Shown here in pieces: positions 37,001 through 51,030 of a stretch of DNA of 64,000 nt. Source of the stretch: Marsupella aquatica (taxonomy: Eukaryota; Plantae; Marchantiophyta); assembly GCA_973895155.1 (NCBI GenBank), contig OZ316891.1, positions 26,163,899 to 26,227,898 of the forward strand, in the 5' to 3' direction. The position numbers were made by a program, and so were the translations under genes. The notes under the pieces are model-generated. The model had not been told where the DNA came from and ran no database searches. It was given only the letters and a program-made list of their open reading frames with translations. The first letter of the stretch is position 1, and every line of letters starts with the position of its first letter.

Positions 37001-37731
37001 CCTTCCATTCCTGAGAGACTGAGTGTTTGGGAGTGTCTTGGACTGGCCACCTGCTGCACGTCGACAGCAGACGTAGTATTCGCAGTGGGAGATTGAAGAT
37101 CCCACACTGCTCTCAGCCTCAAAGTAACATCTGGCCCACTCTTTCCTGGAGTGGAAATAGGCGAGCGCGCAGGCCAGGTTACGGCATTGGACCATAAGTC
37201 TGATATTTCCTTCGGATCCTGAATCAAATCAAAGCAAACCAAACGAAACCATCAACATTCAATTGTGTATGCATCGATCATTGTAAAGGCTACCCAGACT
37301 GTATTGTAAATCGCAACCTGGAGTTTGGAGAAGCTCACTACACTCCAATCACGCAAACTTCAATCGATTGAGACATATACCACTGATCGATTCATTCCAA
37401 GACAGACTTCGACCAGAGCTCATGATGTGTTCTCGATACCAGTTCGCGTTCGGCATGATCTAGCCTATTGTTATTGATGAAATTATGTTCCTTGTAGAGC
37501 TCTATTGAAATGTCCTGGCCTCGTTTACACACGTCTGACTGTACAAGTTCCCCAGTTGACGCCTACGCACGATACATTAAAACTGCTGAAGATTGATGCG
37601 ACTGAGGTAGCCATTCGACATTGCTAGACAAAAGATTGAAGCACAAATGATGGCTAGAGTTCCCGAGCGCTTACTGAGCGTTTCACCCGAAGATAGCTCA
37701 CACGGGAGGTAGCAGTCGCCGCAGCCATCAT
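34039..37731 (-). CDS. RAV: RAV-family AP2/B3 transcription factor with RLFGV repression motif and a C-terminal Aux/IAA-ARF-type PB1 domain
   Basis: AP2 ([31 protein letters not shown]), B3 ([25 protein letters not shown]), RLFGV, and PB1 (VKCYM...[21 protein letters not shown]). Large exon 37218-34039 follows the acceptor TTCAG|GAT. A predicted small first exon 37731-37675 ([19 protein letters not shown], donor GTAAGC, phase 0) is less certain. Confidence 0.95.
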
Positions 37732-38312
37732 GTTTGGTTTGGTTGAGGAGGCCCCTAAAGTGAGCAGACAAGAAGGCCTCAATTGCTGTTCAATTACAAA
37801 CCGTCACCTCTCATCCCTGGCTTCAGTGATCCTCCACATTGATCGATCTCCTTTTACATCACCGACTGTACAATATCGGATTCTTCTGTGGCTGTCCCAA
37901 AACGGTTCAACTCCGAGAAAGCGAGATGTGGGTGACAGTGATTGAAATCCGTTCACGCCATTAGGCCACCCCGGCGCATGCGCAGTTACTGCCCCTACTC
38001 TAAGTACCGCGTCTACACGAAAGAGAGAGGACATCAACTATGTAGCTAGCTTGCTTGTATGGGAGAAAACCTTCGCCTCCGTCCGTTTCGCGTACACAAA
38101 CCTCTCTCAGTGATACCAATCAGACCGAGAGACAAGAACGAGAGAACCCCCGACTCTCAGAGAGAGAAATCTGTAGAGCTTGCGGGCGGCGGGGCTCTAA
38201 TGAGAACCGCAAATGCTATCTTGATTGACTACTACTGCTTGTACTACTGACTGATTGCTTCATTGCTTGAAACGACTGGATGTGGGAGCGAGGCTCTCCG
38301 AAACTGATATAG

Positions 38313-38365
38313 CAGCCTAGCCTAGCCTAGCCTAGCCTAGCCCAGCCCAGCCCAGCCCAGCCCAG
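38313..38365. repeat. (AGCCT)n-(AGCCC)n pentanucleotide microsatellite in the RAV proximal promoter
   Basis: Directly visible. Adjacent to a minus-strand CTATATC TATA-like site at ~38306-38312. Confidence 0.8.
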
Positions 38366-41300
38366 CTGCCAACCAGAATGATCCTCTCGCGGGACAACGA
38401 CAGAAAGATTGCAGCCTGGGCTCTGCTGCTGCTCATATCACATCCCTGGCCTACTACTACAACTTAGTGCTGCCGCTCCCTGCATCCAGCTCCTGCTCCT
38501 GGGCTCCTGTCGTAAGGATCCCCCGTCAAAATGACAAAAGCAGAAGTCCGTCCCGATCATGCAGTCTATTCATTGCTTGCGATCAAACCTACTATGGTCT
38601 CCGCTGGTGGGTTTCATGAATGCTGGGGGCCGGGCCAGGTGCTGCTGCAGACTGATGCCGGTGGTCGTCGTAAGTTAGAAAGTAGCTGGATCACAAGGCT
38701 GGGATGTTGTTGGTGGGGGCCGCAGAGAGCACGCAAGCTACAGTCGCCAGCCAGCCAGCAGCTCAGCTGACTGGCGACGTTTCTTTTAGCCTCCAGAAGA
38801 AGTTGCATGACTGCTTGACGACTTTGATGATCTCACCATTTCGTCTCAGATGAGATGAGGTGGAGAGGAGACAAACTCGAGACATGAAAAGCAGATGACA
38901 TGAGATGAGTTGGACGCTCTCCCAGTAAAGTTGGAAGCAATCAAGCATTCTCCTGTACAACAGTACAGAAAACCACAGTGCTAATCTCCAATCAAAATTC
39001 CGTAATCTCCCGTGATCACTTGGTCAGCTGTAATCATCCCTGACAATTGCTCTACCTCGACTGCATCTAAGCAATAATGCAACGAATTAAAAACAGGACT
39101 TATGCACGAATTGTAAAATTTGACCCCCCGGTGGTCTACCCTCGCCAATCATCCACAGATAGAAATCTTATTTTAGGCCGTCTCTGTTCTCATTTCAAAT
39201 CGACGTCTGCTTTTCCAGGAGTCCGGGAATTAATTTCCTCTCAACACGATCAGGTGCAGCACCTCATTCCAGATACTTGATCTGGCATTACACTGAGTCC
39301 AACACCGTGCAGTAATACGTTTTAAACACTTACTCCAATTATGATCTGAGCTTGTTAAGTCACTTTGTTTAGTAGTTTGCTCCACGATAGTATAAAAATA
39401 TTGCTTTTCCCTACCGACCCAGAAAGTGAATTCGTAAACCCGGTTGAGCTATCCATCCATGAAACATATAAATGGATGCATATCTGATCCACAGCACTAC
39501 ATGAGTACAGAAGCCTGAGAAATCGATCTCGACCAAATTTGGGCAAACTCATTCATGCACAAACAGTCGACAGCGGTAGTCAAGTCAAATCGGGAAAGGG
39601 ACCTACTTGATCACGAGAGTGGGAGGCAGGCCCGATTCGTGCCGGATGATACGCCGAGATGTAATCAACACCCGGGAAGTGGGCACGTTATATTCCATTC
39701 ATCAATCAATTAATCCTCGATCAAAACGCATAAAATAATCGTCTCAGCACGCGACCGAGGCTGCGCTGTTGAGCACAGCGGTATTTAATTAAAAATAGAA
39801 AAACCAGAGAATGGGAGAGAGTGGATAACAGACGCCATGTCGGCAGGAACCCCGACGGGAGGCAGGATAATTATTGGGGATGATTGCCTGATTGGGTTCC
39901 GGTGCCGTTTGTTAAGTTTGTTTCTTTCCTAGATCGATCGATTGATTGATGAGGGCGAGAGAAGAAACCGGCGAGAGTTATCCGGGTTTTCTGTTGTCGG
40001 TACTGTAGTCTTTACCGTCCCAAAGGCTTGCCTTCGCTCCGGGCAGACAGAGGACGGCAGGGCCGGGCAGCGCAAGGGCAGGGTTAGCCCTCTGACGTCA
40101 CGCTGCCCGGTCCCTTTATCTCAGCTGCCCCGCTCCCCCCCCCCCCGCGTCGCTCCATTGCCCTGCCCTGCCCGGCCCAGGATACTGCCCGGATGCAATG
40201 ATGGTACGACGGCGACGGGGCAGCTACGGTCGTTGTATGATCCATCTACAGTCGGTAGGCAACAAGGGTGGCGGTGACGGGGACGGGGGCGGATACCGTA
40301 GATGGGGACGGGGGTGAGGGGTCAACACCTGAATGTTTGACCGACGAGGACCTGACCTGATCTAACCTGAACCTCACTCCGAATCACACTGGGATTGTGT
40401 TTGCCTACTACCTGCCCTGCCCTGCCCTGCCCAATTGTCCCACCTCCCATGCCACACTCTTCATTTTACTTTCCTTGCCTGCCCCAAAAAATCCACCGCA
40501 CAGGATGGATGAATGGACGGATGTAACATGTAGAAAGTACAGCTAAACTCATTGGGAAATATGAAATGTATAGTGTACCACATCCCTCCATACTATGATA
40601 CGTCTAGTTAGTTTTATTTTCTTTATATCAATGAATACACACCTTATTGGGAAATATGACATCGATGGTGTACAATATTCTTATTGGGAAATATGACATA
40701 AAGGGTGCACAATATCCCTTCATACTATGATAAATTTAATTGTTTTCTTCAAAATTAATAAATACATATTATATATTGTCACATTTTGATACTAAAAGAG
40801 CATGTTCACCTTCTTCCCCCACTATTCTGGATGAGGGTTCCAAGTATCCCATTTTTTTCCTGAAAGGAGTACTTTATTCATTAGACAAGTAGGACTCACT
40901 AATAACGATGGAGTAAAAAGGCCAGACCATATGCGGTCAAGGACCAAAAATCACCCATACAGTAAACACATTCAAACCTGGGGACAGGGGGAAAACCAGA
41001 ATAGAAAGCCAAAAGTAATCAATGTGTTACTCATGCAATAAAAACTACCAAAGGAAACAGCAAATTTTGAGGGCTGCCTCAACCCAAAAAACCACAGCCA
41101 GAGAATCAGCAAAAGCAAGGAACTGTACAGTTGGGAACTAGGCAAAAATCCAAAAGGATTTAACCATCTGCAAAAGCAGGAACAACAGCTAAACCTCGAG
41201 CTAAACCTACATCACAAGGCTAACACCACAAATGAACGTGAAGCCAGGTGTACCCAGTCAACCCTCCTCACGGTGAATCAAATGTTGACAGAGGTTGATA

Positions 41301-42659
41301 GTCCACATTTAGTGGGGGAGATGTACTTGATCGACCCCAAAAATGATAAGTGTTGCTAGATGAACCCCAACATCTTTGATGGACCTTAAATCAATGTACC
41401 AAATGAGGTCCATCAAATAACACTTTCCAATTTAAGGGTATCTAGTATATCTCTTCATGTATTCACATGGATTGGGCCTGCTACTGGTGTTGCCCGGCAT
41501 CTCTTGCCTCCCCCTCCCCCCTTTCAGACAGAAGCTGGAATGTGAGGATGGGAGTCTTCACATTTCCAAATGGTACCATGGTACACAAATCCAGATCAGT
41601 GGAGAGTTTGCTTGACTTTAGTCACCCCATAAACCCAATGGCAGTACTCTTCATGGCAGCAATTGAGATTCAAACTTAAAGCTTCATTAATGGACAGGCT
41701 TTTGCACCCTGTTTTGCACACATGCCTATTGTGGGGTTCAAACAAAGCCTTTTGCAAATAACTCATTTTTGGCTACCCATTGCGTCCCACTGTTTGACGT
41801 TGCCCAATATTTCTTCCTGCCCATCAATCATAGGTTGTCACGATTCTGAATGCAAAATAAGGTATGTGAATCCAGATAAATGGACAGTTTTCTTAGTTGA
41901 CATTAGTGACCCCAGAAACTTTAACTATCTTCTTGGCCGCGAGTGGGGTTCCAACTAAATCTTTATTAATTGACCAGATTTTGCACCAAACCCTCCTCCC
42001 AAAGTGATTTTCAAATAGGCTGACAATTTGGCATACATGATTTCAAATATTATGGGGGCCATATTCTCTCTAGTACAGTTTCCAACTATGCATCCTGGGT
42101 ATTTTTCAGGCCCCATCACTTGAGTTCAGCCAAATGCAAAATATGGAAAAACATGGAAAAGTGATGCTTGTGGGTTTATTTTTTGTGAATTTAGGTTTTA
42201 TTGTTTATGCCAAAATTTGCGGACAACATTATCTCTGTAATATTGATGTTATTGTATCTATCAATAGTGGGAAACAACTTATTTTGAAAAATTGACCAGA
42301 ATGAATTGAACTTGAGATCACCCATTTGTTACTAGCACTTTAAATTAAAAGGGAAAATCTCTATTATGAAAAACTTACTTAGTGCCATTTTGAACTCAAT
42401 GTCAAGTTTGTTAAAATTAATGTTTATCACGCTAATTTTGGCATAACACTATTTATTGTGGAATAGTTTAACATATGAGATCATAAAATTATTGTAAACT
42501 ACCTTAACTAGTGATGACTCATGCATGTTTGTGTCAAAATACACACAAGAAAAAGATCAAGCACTAAAACCTTTCATTTGATCAAAGTTGCAAGAAAGTT
42601 TGCAAACGTTTCTATGATTCTAATTGGGTCCCTTAAAAGTTTGATTGCCTTTCTAATTT

Positions 42660-44340
42660 TTTATTTTTTATTTTATTTTATTATTATTTTTGTGTGAAAA
42701 GGCAACAGTGCGCAAACTGACATTCAAAAGAACCGCAGCAAAAAGAACAACAAACCCTCAAGGCCATCACGCACAACACCAGAACCCAAGGGGCAGACGC
42801 CCATGACCACACGCCGCCACAGCCAGACCCCAGGAGTCATCTAAACATCTTGATCCTAGAGTGTGTCAGAATTAACCAGCATTGCTCAGGCATGGCATGA
42901 TCCCAAAACCTGGTCAAATTACTAAGACGAGTGGTCATGTGACCCCCACTGTATCTATATCTATCTCTATGATCCTGTAAAGTCTCGAGCTGAAGAAGAG
43001 AGATGTTAATCTCCTGCTCAAAAAGGGTAGCAAAGTGAGTTCTGTGTTGGATGTGACGACGGCTGTGATTGAGTAGGAGCATAGCAATACTACTGTACAG
43101 TTTGTGGGCCTCGAAGCAAAAGCTATAGACTTGGCAAGGATAAGAACGACTCTCAAGCATTAACATTGATAGAGTTAGACGGACGATTTCTCCTTGCGGA
43201 TCTGGCAGTCATCACAGTAAGTTCAGTAAGTGATCTCTGTAGTCGTCTGGCCTTTGTAGTGCTTCGGGTACGTTATAGACCCAGGTTATAGAGTAGCATG
43301 CACGCTCACAGCAGTCCCATGCAGAATGAGTTGAAGGGAAAATCTTGTGGCGTTGGCATGGTAGGCGCGCTGATTTCTTTCCAGCCAAATACTGCAGATT
43401 ATCTGGTGGATGAGAAGGAGGTGACCTGGGTTATGCTTATGTGAGCGGATTGTAGTGTCCACCTTGCCAAAGAAGGAGCATCCAATGGCCTTGTGCAGTC
43501 CAGTGCCCTCAGTAATGTGTTCAAATTGACTCCATCTAGGTCTCAATCTGGGACATTCAAAGAACATGTGTTCAATGGTCTCAATGTGCTCATGGCATGC
43601 AGTGCACTTCCCATCACCAACCTCCCACTTAAGAGCACTAAAATTGGTAAAAAACCCAGCATTGAGAATTTTCCAAAAATCAAGTTTGACGCTGTGAGAA
43701 GCCCAGCCACTCCAGAGATGAATCCACCGTCGTTTCGAGATCTGTTGTGTATCTGCAGCATCAGAGCCCAAGTTTTGGTCGGAAGGTCCAATCCATTTTT
43801 CTCTCCTTGTACCAAGCCCATCCCCCAGCGTTGATGAGCTTGTTGGTAATATGCCCTCTAGATGAGTGCAGAAGCTCCAATACCTGTGTTGGCAGCATCA
43901 AGTCATAACTTCTGGTAATTCTTGTGGCACCGTGGATCTGCTCCAAAGTTTTGCAGGCTTGATCAGGGTTGACAAGGTCAGCAACAGTGAGAATGTTTCT
44001 GGTAGCATAGAAACTTCTGTACTAGCACATCTCATGGTCAGTTATATTCAGTTGTCTATTCAAGAGAATACATAGCTGGTCAACGGAGAGGTAGGTAGGA
44101 ATTTTTCCAGTAACAATGTCAAAATGGAGGTGTCTGTGTGTGGATTCCCATCCCCTAAGCATGCAGTTGAGAACAGGTGCCGAAGCTATCCTCAGGTCTG
44201 GGGCGAGCAGGAGCAGATCGCTAGGATCCCAGAATTTGCGCTCCTTCTTGTGAGGTCCCTTCCTGGAGTTCGTTCTGATCAAAGATCTAGCCATGTGAAC
44301 CCAAGCAGTGTCAAAACAAGTGAACAAATTGGGCCTTTCT
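42660..44340 (-). mobile_element. 5'-truncated L1-like LINE (ORF2 3' end with zf-RVT) and A-rich tail
   Basis: KLDFWKIL...CTACHEHIETIEHMFFEC...W...IWLERNQR is the CCHC zf-RVT signature. A T-rich tract on the plus strand at ~42656-42690 forms the A-rich tail. Several frameshifts. Confidence 0.8.
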
Positions 44341-44433
44341 AAATCTTGACCTAGGTTCAGTCATGAGTGAGGATGTACTTCTCAGAACTACTCTTCAGTG
44401 ACAAAGGGGGCATTGGGTCCAACTCCCATGGAA

Positions 44434-45557
44434 GGGACCCTTGCCAAAACAAATTTACGTGACAGGCCTCTACTAAACCTTTGCTACAAACTAGCCACCC
44501 CACACAAATGTTCTTACCAACTAGACCCCCTACATAGGTTTATGCTTGATGGGACGCTTGCCAAAACAAATTCACATGACAGACCTCTACTAAACCTTTG
44601 TTACAAACTAGGCCCCCCCACAAATATGTTGTTACCAACTAGACCCCCTACATAGGTTCCGTACACAAGGTTCTTATGTGGTGCCTAAATGCATGATTAA
44701 CCATATAGTTCCCACTGCAATCCATCACACTATGCGTCACTTTCCACCACGTGTACATCTATGCTTGAAGACATAATGGATTATGTCTTCACATGATTAT
44801 AGAATATGTCTGTACTTGATGACATAATGCATTATGTCCTCACGTGATGATAGAGTTTTAAGGGATCCACCCTTAGAGGATAGTGGGTTTCCAGGACAAC
44901 ATTAAGTCTAGTCCTTGAACGCTAGCAAAATTTTCTGGTTATGATTGACTCCATGGCAGGCTCCATAGTGTCTTTGTTTTCACACTTACATAATTTTTGA
45001 AAGTTACAACAATGAAAAACAGCCTCCAATAGAGTAAACGATCCTTGATTCCTTCCATACTTAGATAAATTTGGGGTCTAGATGTGAAAAGACAACATCC
45101 ATGTTGTCTTCATTCCACACTTGGACTATTTTAAAACATTGCAGTAGGGACCAATGGCCAAAAGTAGAGGATTGATTGCATACTCAGACAAATGAACAAA
45201 AATAAATGTCAAAACATCATACAAACCTTGTGTATAGGATTTGTGAAGCAACCTAAAGACAGAATTCAAACCTGAAGACATGATTGAACCATATTATTTT
45301 CACTTAGGAACTCACAATTTGCGCAACCGACAGTAGTCTGTGGTTCCCCCAATGGTGTAGTTTGTCATTGAGCATTGTTTGACTCTAAACTTTACTGTAA
45401 TTCTTATTGGTGATAATATCAAGCTAAAACTCTTTATAGGAACTTTACAAGAACAGCTGACACAAAACTGTTAGAAGGGGCCTAGTTTGTAGCAAAAGTT
45501 TCATAAGAGCCTATCACCTAAATTTCTTTTGGTAGGGGTCCCATCGAGCATATACCT
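44434..45557. mobile_element. Non-autonomous TIR-type element: ~117-bp unit in tandem on the left, inverted copy on the right
   Basis: GGGACCCTTGCCAAAACAAATT...CTTTGCTACAAACTAG at 44434 and 44551; reverse-complement copy at ~45475-45557. Confidence 0.55.
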
Positions 45558-45609
45558 CACTTTCATTGCTAGTACACTTCCAAAACATTTTACACTGTTG
45601 ACTGCAGCT

Positions 45610-46560
45610 AGCATTACTGCAAAAATAGTGTGCGTAACACTAATATGTGAATAGAGGGGGTTTGGAGCTTAAATGACACTAATTATGGATAATAGTACAT
45701 AACACTAAAACCAGTGATTCCTGTGAAAACACATAGCAGAAAAATTTATGAATAAATTACTAAATTTGAATGTAGTGGTTTAGTTTACAAGATTTTGATT
45801 TAATGTATTCTTTGCCTATGCTACTGTCCAACATTGGTGTTTCCCATAATATTTTCAGCTCACATTTTTCATACCCAAGTAGTGTGAATACACCTGACAA
45901 GAAGATTTGAGGTTTCATGGAACAATTTGGTCTCCATACTCACACCACAATTACTAATGTGAGCTGACTTCCATAATCAATGTCACTCACAATTGAATCA
46001 CTCACAACTGTTAATACAAAGTTAGTCTTAGTAAGACTATTTCAAGAGGGATTCCATTTTTTTTGCAAGCTACACAATTAGTGTTAGTCCACTAACTACG
46101 GCAAAACAATGCAGATTGTTTTACGTCAAAGTTGCACAAAACTAGTTTCAAAGAAAACATCAGTATATGCGTAGATTTCATGAAACAAATACACTGTTGA
46201 CCTTGATCAATGTTACTCACACTAATTCAAGAGTAGGCATTTGGGGCCCAACCCATGAATTTATGTTACTCACACTAGTTATGTTATGACATTAATTCTC
46301 TGCACATGAATTCGTGTCACCTTGGTCTCATGAGTGAAAATTAGTGTAAGTATACTATTCTCAAAATTGACAAGAATTAGTATTACTTTGGGCTCGACAT
46401 CACCCATTTTTAACTAGCACATTAAGCAAAATTGGGGGAAAAAACTATATTGAAAAGTAGACAAAGAATTACTGTTCATTTGGATTGAAGATCACTTCTA
46501 CCAAGCTTAGTGTTAACAATACTAACGGTAATGGTAATTCTTCTGTAGCACTAATTGTAG
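45610..46560. repeat. Degenerate region rich in CACTAAT/ATTAGTG motifs, possible non-autonomous TIR element
   Basis: Recurring (A)CACTAAT / TTAGTGT motifs. 46350-46460 resembles 42280-42375 (ATCACCCATTT...ACTAGCAC). Confidence 0.35.
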
Positions 46561-48137
46561 TAAACAGGGCAGATATGGAGAAAATAAGGGTGGAACGAAA
46601 TTTCAACGTCGTCTACCATTAAAAAATGAAGCATAGCCACGTCACCAATCAAAAGACCGTTCGTCGTCAGCAAAACACACTCTATATAAAGTTACTGCAG
46701 GGAAGGTAACTTTGTACTGTTGCACTTCTGCCCATCCACTGAACCCTGCCCGAATGTTGTCACTTTTCTGTACCAATATCCTGTACTGGAACTTGCTCCT
46801 TTCATTGCGGGCAGGGCAGCTCCGTGTTGGTCTCCTCGAGTTCCACGAGTGGTGCCCCAAATTGTCCAGTACCGTATTCATTTCTCGAAGGGTATACATA
46901 GGACAACGCGAGATACAAAATACAGTATATTTTACTCGATTTGGGAACCAAGAAAAATCAAAACTAAAAACAAGAATCGAAAAAAGAAATGAAATATCGA
47001 AGATTTTATTTTTTCGGATAAACTCCAGTAACGGATTTCTCTCTATTTTATTCTTGTGAAAATACTTGATTTTTCAATAGAATGCTCCCGTGTATCACAT
47101 TTTGGTGGTCCATGGGAGTTAGTGACCATAACTTGATGATTTCGAATCTCAAAATAATTTCAAATTTTTGCTCTGCAAGGAAAAAAACCCACATATATAT
47201 ATATATATATATAGTTAAGACAATGAAAATTATTCCAGAAAAACTTACCTTTCCATGTTGTGATGGAAACCTCAAGAAAAATAATCAAAAATTGAGTTTC
47301 ACTTTGAATAATGTATAGTTGACTATTCCTCTAGTGCTAAATTAAATTTTTGATAAAAAAAATGTGATACATGGTCATTTCTAATTGGATTTTTCTTCGT
47401 CATTAGATTAATGCTCCGGAACAGTGAGGTAATAATTGTTTTCCCGAAGAGAAGGAATCTTAAGACGGGCAACGCGAGTGGGGGAAGACTGGAAGAGACC
47501 ACGAAAAATTAAACTCTATTTATAAATCCGAGTTGTCTGCAACTGACCTGCCCTGCCCCTGCCCTGCCCCGAAATACGTGTTCTGCTCTCTAAACACGAC
47601 TTTTTCGATCGTGGGAAACGATTCATCTTGCTTTTCCTTTCTGTGTTTTGGGGAAAGCACTCATTGTTGCGGACATTTGCCTTATCGGTGTTTCCCAAGA
47701 TTTAGTAAAATCTTCCTAGATCTTGACAATAAATGCTCCATTGCATGAAAGCTTTTTTTGCACCGTTCGTCCCGTTATAATCGTGCTGCGGTACCACGGG
47801 CACTTCATTAGGTGAGTGCATTGTAAGCTAAGTGAATACTTTCTACAACAAGTTGAAAAGGTTGAAAGAAAACTTCCCAGCCATTCGTTTTTGTGGAAAG
47901 AAAACTTCGCAGCCATTCATTTTGTGCATTAACGAATGGTTATTTTAGGCCTGATATGTATATTTGATGGACCCCAAGCGATGGACCGCAAAACAAAGAG
48001 TGCTATTTCTGGGATGTCGTGAGAGATTCAAATGGTTGATAGACCTTAAATAAACACACACAAAATCGTGAGAGATTCAAATAGTTGATAGACCTTAGTT
48101 AAATAAACGCACCCAAAATCTCATGGGGATTCATAGG

Positions 48138-48484
48138 TGTTGAGCAAAGACTAGATCTACAACCACAAGCCCATGAACATCCGACGAACACGTAGTAGAA
48201 ATAGAGAGATATGTGATTTATCTCAGCTTGAGGTTAAATCCACGGGAACACACAAGAGCTTAATGCACTATAGGCCCGTCCGTTATATCAAGTCTTTGCA
48301 ATACAAGATCTCTCCATCTCTTAACTTGATCTGTAACAATGAGCTTGAGTTATTTATATCCAGGCAAGCAAACACCGCTTGAGATATAGTGTGCAACCTA
48401 GTTAACCTAACCTAGTTTGCAACTATGGTCAGCCCTGATTGCGGTTATATTTGTAACCCTAGATGTAAGAGTAGATGCCTAACA
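48138..48484 (-). mobile_element. Probable Copia-type solo LTR
   Basis: TGTTG...TAACA termini, ~350 bp, minus-strand TATAAATA. Layout resembles the 30266-30637 LTR. Flanks match only 3/5. Confidence 0.45.
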
Positions 48485-49324
48485 ATGTGATCCAATTTTG
48501 GGGTCCTTGAAATATATCTGTCCATTTTAGGAACTAAAATATATGTATCACATTTTGAAGATCTAATTAGAAAGTTGTCTAAGGTTGAAAAAAAACTTTG
48601 CGGCCTTGTTGGTTGTTTAGGAAAGGAGTTTATATCAGTTTTGTTTTAAAGTATTTCTAAATTTTTTGGTGACTAATGTCACCTTGCGTGAGAAGAAGAT
48701 GCTAAGACTAACCCTTATCTAATTTTCTTAGACAAATGTTTAACCATTATCTCCCTAGTTTAAATGATAAGCGTCAAATTCTGGCCAGGGATCGGTGGAA
48801 AATTGGCTAAAATTTTGAAGACAAAAATGCTACCTGTTATTGTCAAATGTGGCAAAGACTCGATCCGGTGGACTCCTGCAAACATTTGCCACTCCAAAGC
48901 ACCTGTTCATGGATACCTGGTTTCTTGGCTTGTGAATTTCATTTATTCGAATAGTTTTATTTTATGGGGAAAACATGTACAACTATGATGCTCCCATGGA
49001 CAGAGCACTTCAACCATGCATACCCATGGACTGTGACACATTTTACACCTTAAATCATTGACACCCTTCTACTTTCAAAAACAGTTCCAAGAACACAGAT
49101 ATCTCCCTTAGTACCAATGGAACCAACCTATCACACAATCATCTCATTATTGAAGGATGTCAAATATTTTTTTTAAGAGGGACAGGGGGGGGGGGGCATG
49201 AAGGGAAACCCCGCCAACTCCTGAAAAATGATGGATGAGAGATGTTTCATGTCCAAATGCCTTCCAACTTATATATTGCTTTTAGGAAATAATAAAGTTA
49301 TAGTTCAGGGGCAAAGAATGAGTT

Positions 49325-49690
49325 CTTTTTGTATAAAGTCTCGGTCAGTATGTTGAAGAAGTCAATCTTGATTTTAGAAAACAATTGCAAAAGAGCAAAA
49401 GGCACCATACTGGGAGACAGGATCCAAAAGGCGAGAAACCCAATAAGAGGGGAAAACAAAGGAAACCCTTAGAGACCACAGAGACGCGCAAAAGCATACT
49501 GGGTGACAGGATCCAAATGGCGAGAAACCCGATAAGAGGAGAAAACAAAGGAAAACCCAAGAGACCATAGAGACACCCAAAAGCCAACACGCCAGAGAAT
49601 CCGGAACAACAACAAAAGAATCAAAGCCCTATTGAGCTACGAGCTGAAAAGCCTGGTAGAGCTCTGGAGTCGGGTGGGTCTCAAAGTCAC
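49325..49690 (-). mobile_element. Probable LINE 3'-end remnant with an internal tandem duplication
   Basis: CATACTGGG.GACAGGATCCAAA.GGCGAGAAACCC.ATAAGAGG.GAAAACAAAGGAAA occurs twice. Similar to 57700-57918. Confidence 0.4.
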
Positions 49691-51030
49691 CAAGCAAAAG
49701 CAGCAATATCCAAAGTTGCATCCTTGATTGTACTGTTTGACAATGGAAACTTGTGCATGCAAAGTATTTAGTGTCTACATATGCACAGGCGCCCTGGCAA
49801 ATCACAGTCAATGACTGTCTTTTTGCAGAATTCTTAATGAGTGCTTTATTATGGTGATAGTTCAGCAAACAATCAGCTAAGCTAATACTGGAAAAATTCA
49901 CGGCTGAGAATGGAATTGCAAAGTTGTCACTGGTCAGGTGGGTCATGAGCTCATTCAAAGACAAGAGAGACACTTGGGGGGTCAACCACAAAAACATGTT
50001 TGAACAACATGGATCCAAATAATTATTTTTAATATTATCTGACCAAAATTTCATAAAGAGTAGGAAACAACAAGGGATATAATTAATAGACCTCTTCCTG
50101 GAGATAGTTTGCTTGATCAGTCCCCTCAAAACTTGTATACCCCAATAGACCCCCTCTTTATGATCTGTACTTAATGTTCCTCTGAAAGGCAAAATTGTCT
50201 TAGTTATCGTGTCCATGCACACGGTTGTCTCCTGTACTTCCGCATGTCGTAGGGCCGCGATAACGCAGTATCCTGTTCTCGCACCGGCATCGTTCTTTAG
50301 GAATTGAAGACATTGAGGTTTGTGAATTCAAATTTTTCTGTTTTAGGGTGCACAAAGTCGGGATGCGCTTTAAGGTGAAGCGCAAGTGTCATCTTTTGCA
50401 AGGGGGTAGGATTGACATTTCTTCCGTGGGTTTTACACAGGTTTTGGGCAGAGGCATCGTTTACTGTTGGTGGCGGGCAGAAAATTAGCAGGGTTTAGAC
50501 GAAATGCCTTCAGGTTGCACTTGCTCATCTTGTTCACCAAGAGTTGTGCATTTTTTAAGACAATGTGGTCATTGTCTTCGTGCCACACTACACACCGAAT
50601 GAGAATGTATAATTGACCTTCCCTCCTCCTCGCTTGGGCAGGATAAATGGCCAAAAGTGGTGCTTTTCAGAAGAAAATGTGGTTATTGTCTTCGTGTCAT
50701 ATTACAAAGGAAATCCTTCTGGAGACATAATTAGGGTAATCTCATGCTCAAAGAATTGCCAACATCAGTCCACAGTGGGCATTGTGTTTAGGAGGTTGTA
50801 ACCTGCTGCAATATGGACATGAATTGTTGGTTAATGTGAAAATGAAGGTGGAGGTTTATCCTTAACCCTTTCCACAATTCCATTTTAGTCCAAGAAATGC
50901 TATACTATTAAGAGTAACCCATCCATCCAGGGTCATGGTCATGTAATTGTTAAGTTAAGTATGTGTTCCCTGCTGCTATTACCATGCACCTATAATTGTT
51001 TGCTAATAAGGCAGATCTATTTGCACAGAT

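Noticed and set aside
37219-37242. TTG start of the 1067-aa ORF as the RAV start
   Set aside because: The segment is a pyrimidine-rich splice acceptor (TTTGATTCAG); an upstream ATG exon fits in phase.
49629-50222. 197-aa minus-strand ORF
   Set aside because: No recognisable domain; adjacent to a LINE-like remnant, probably decayed TE sequence.
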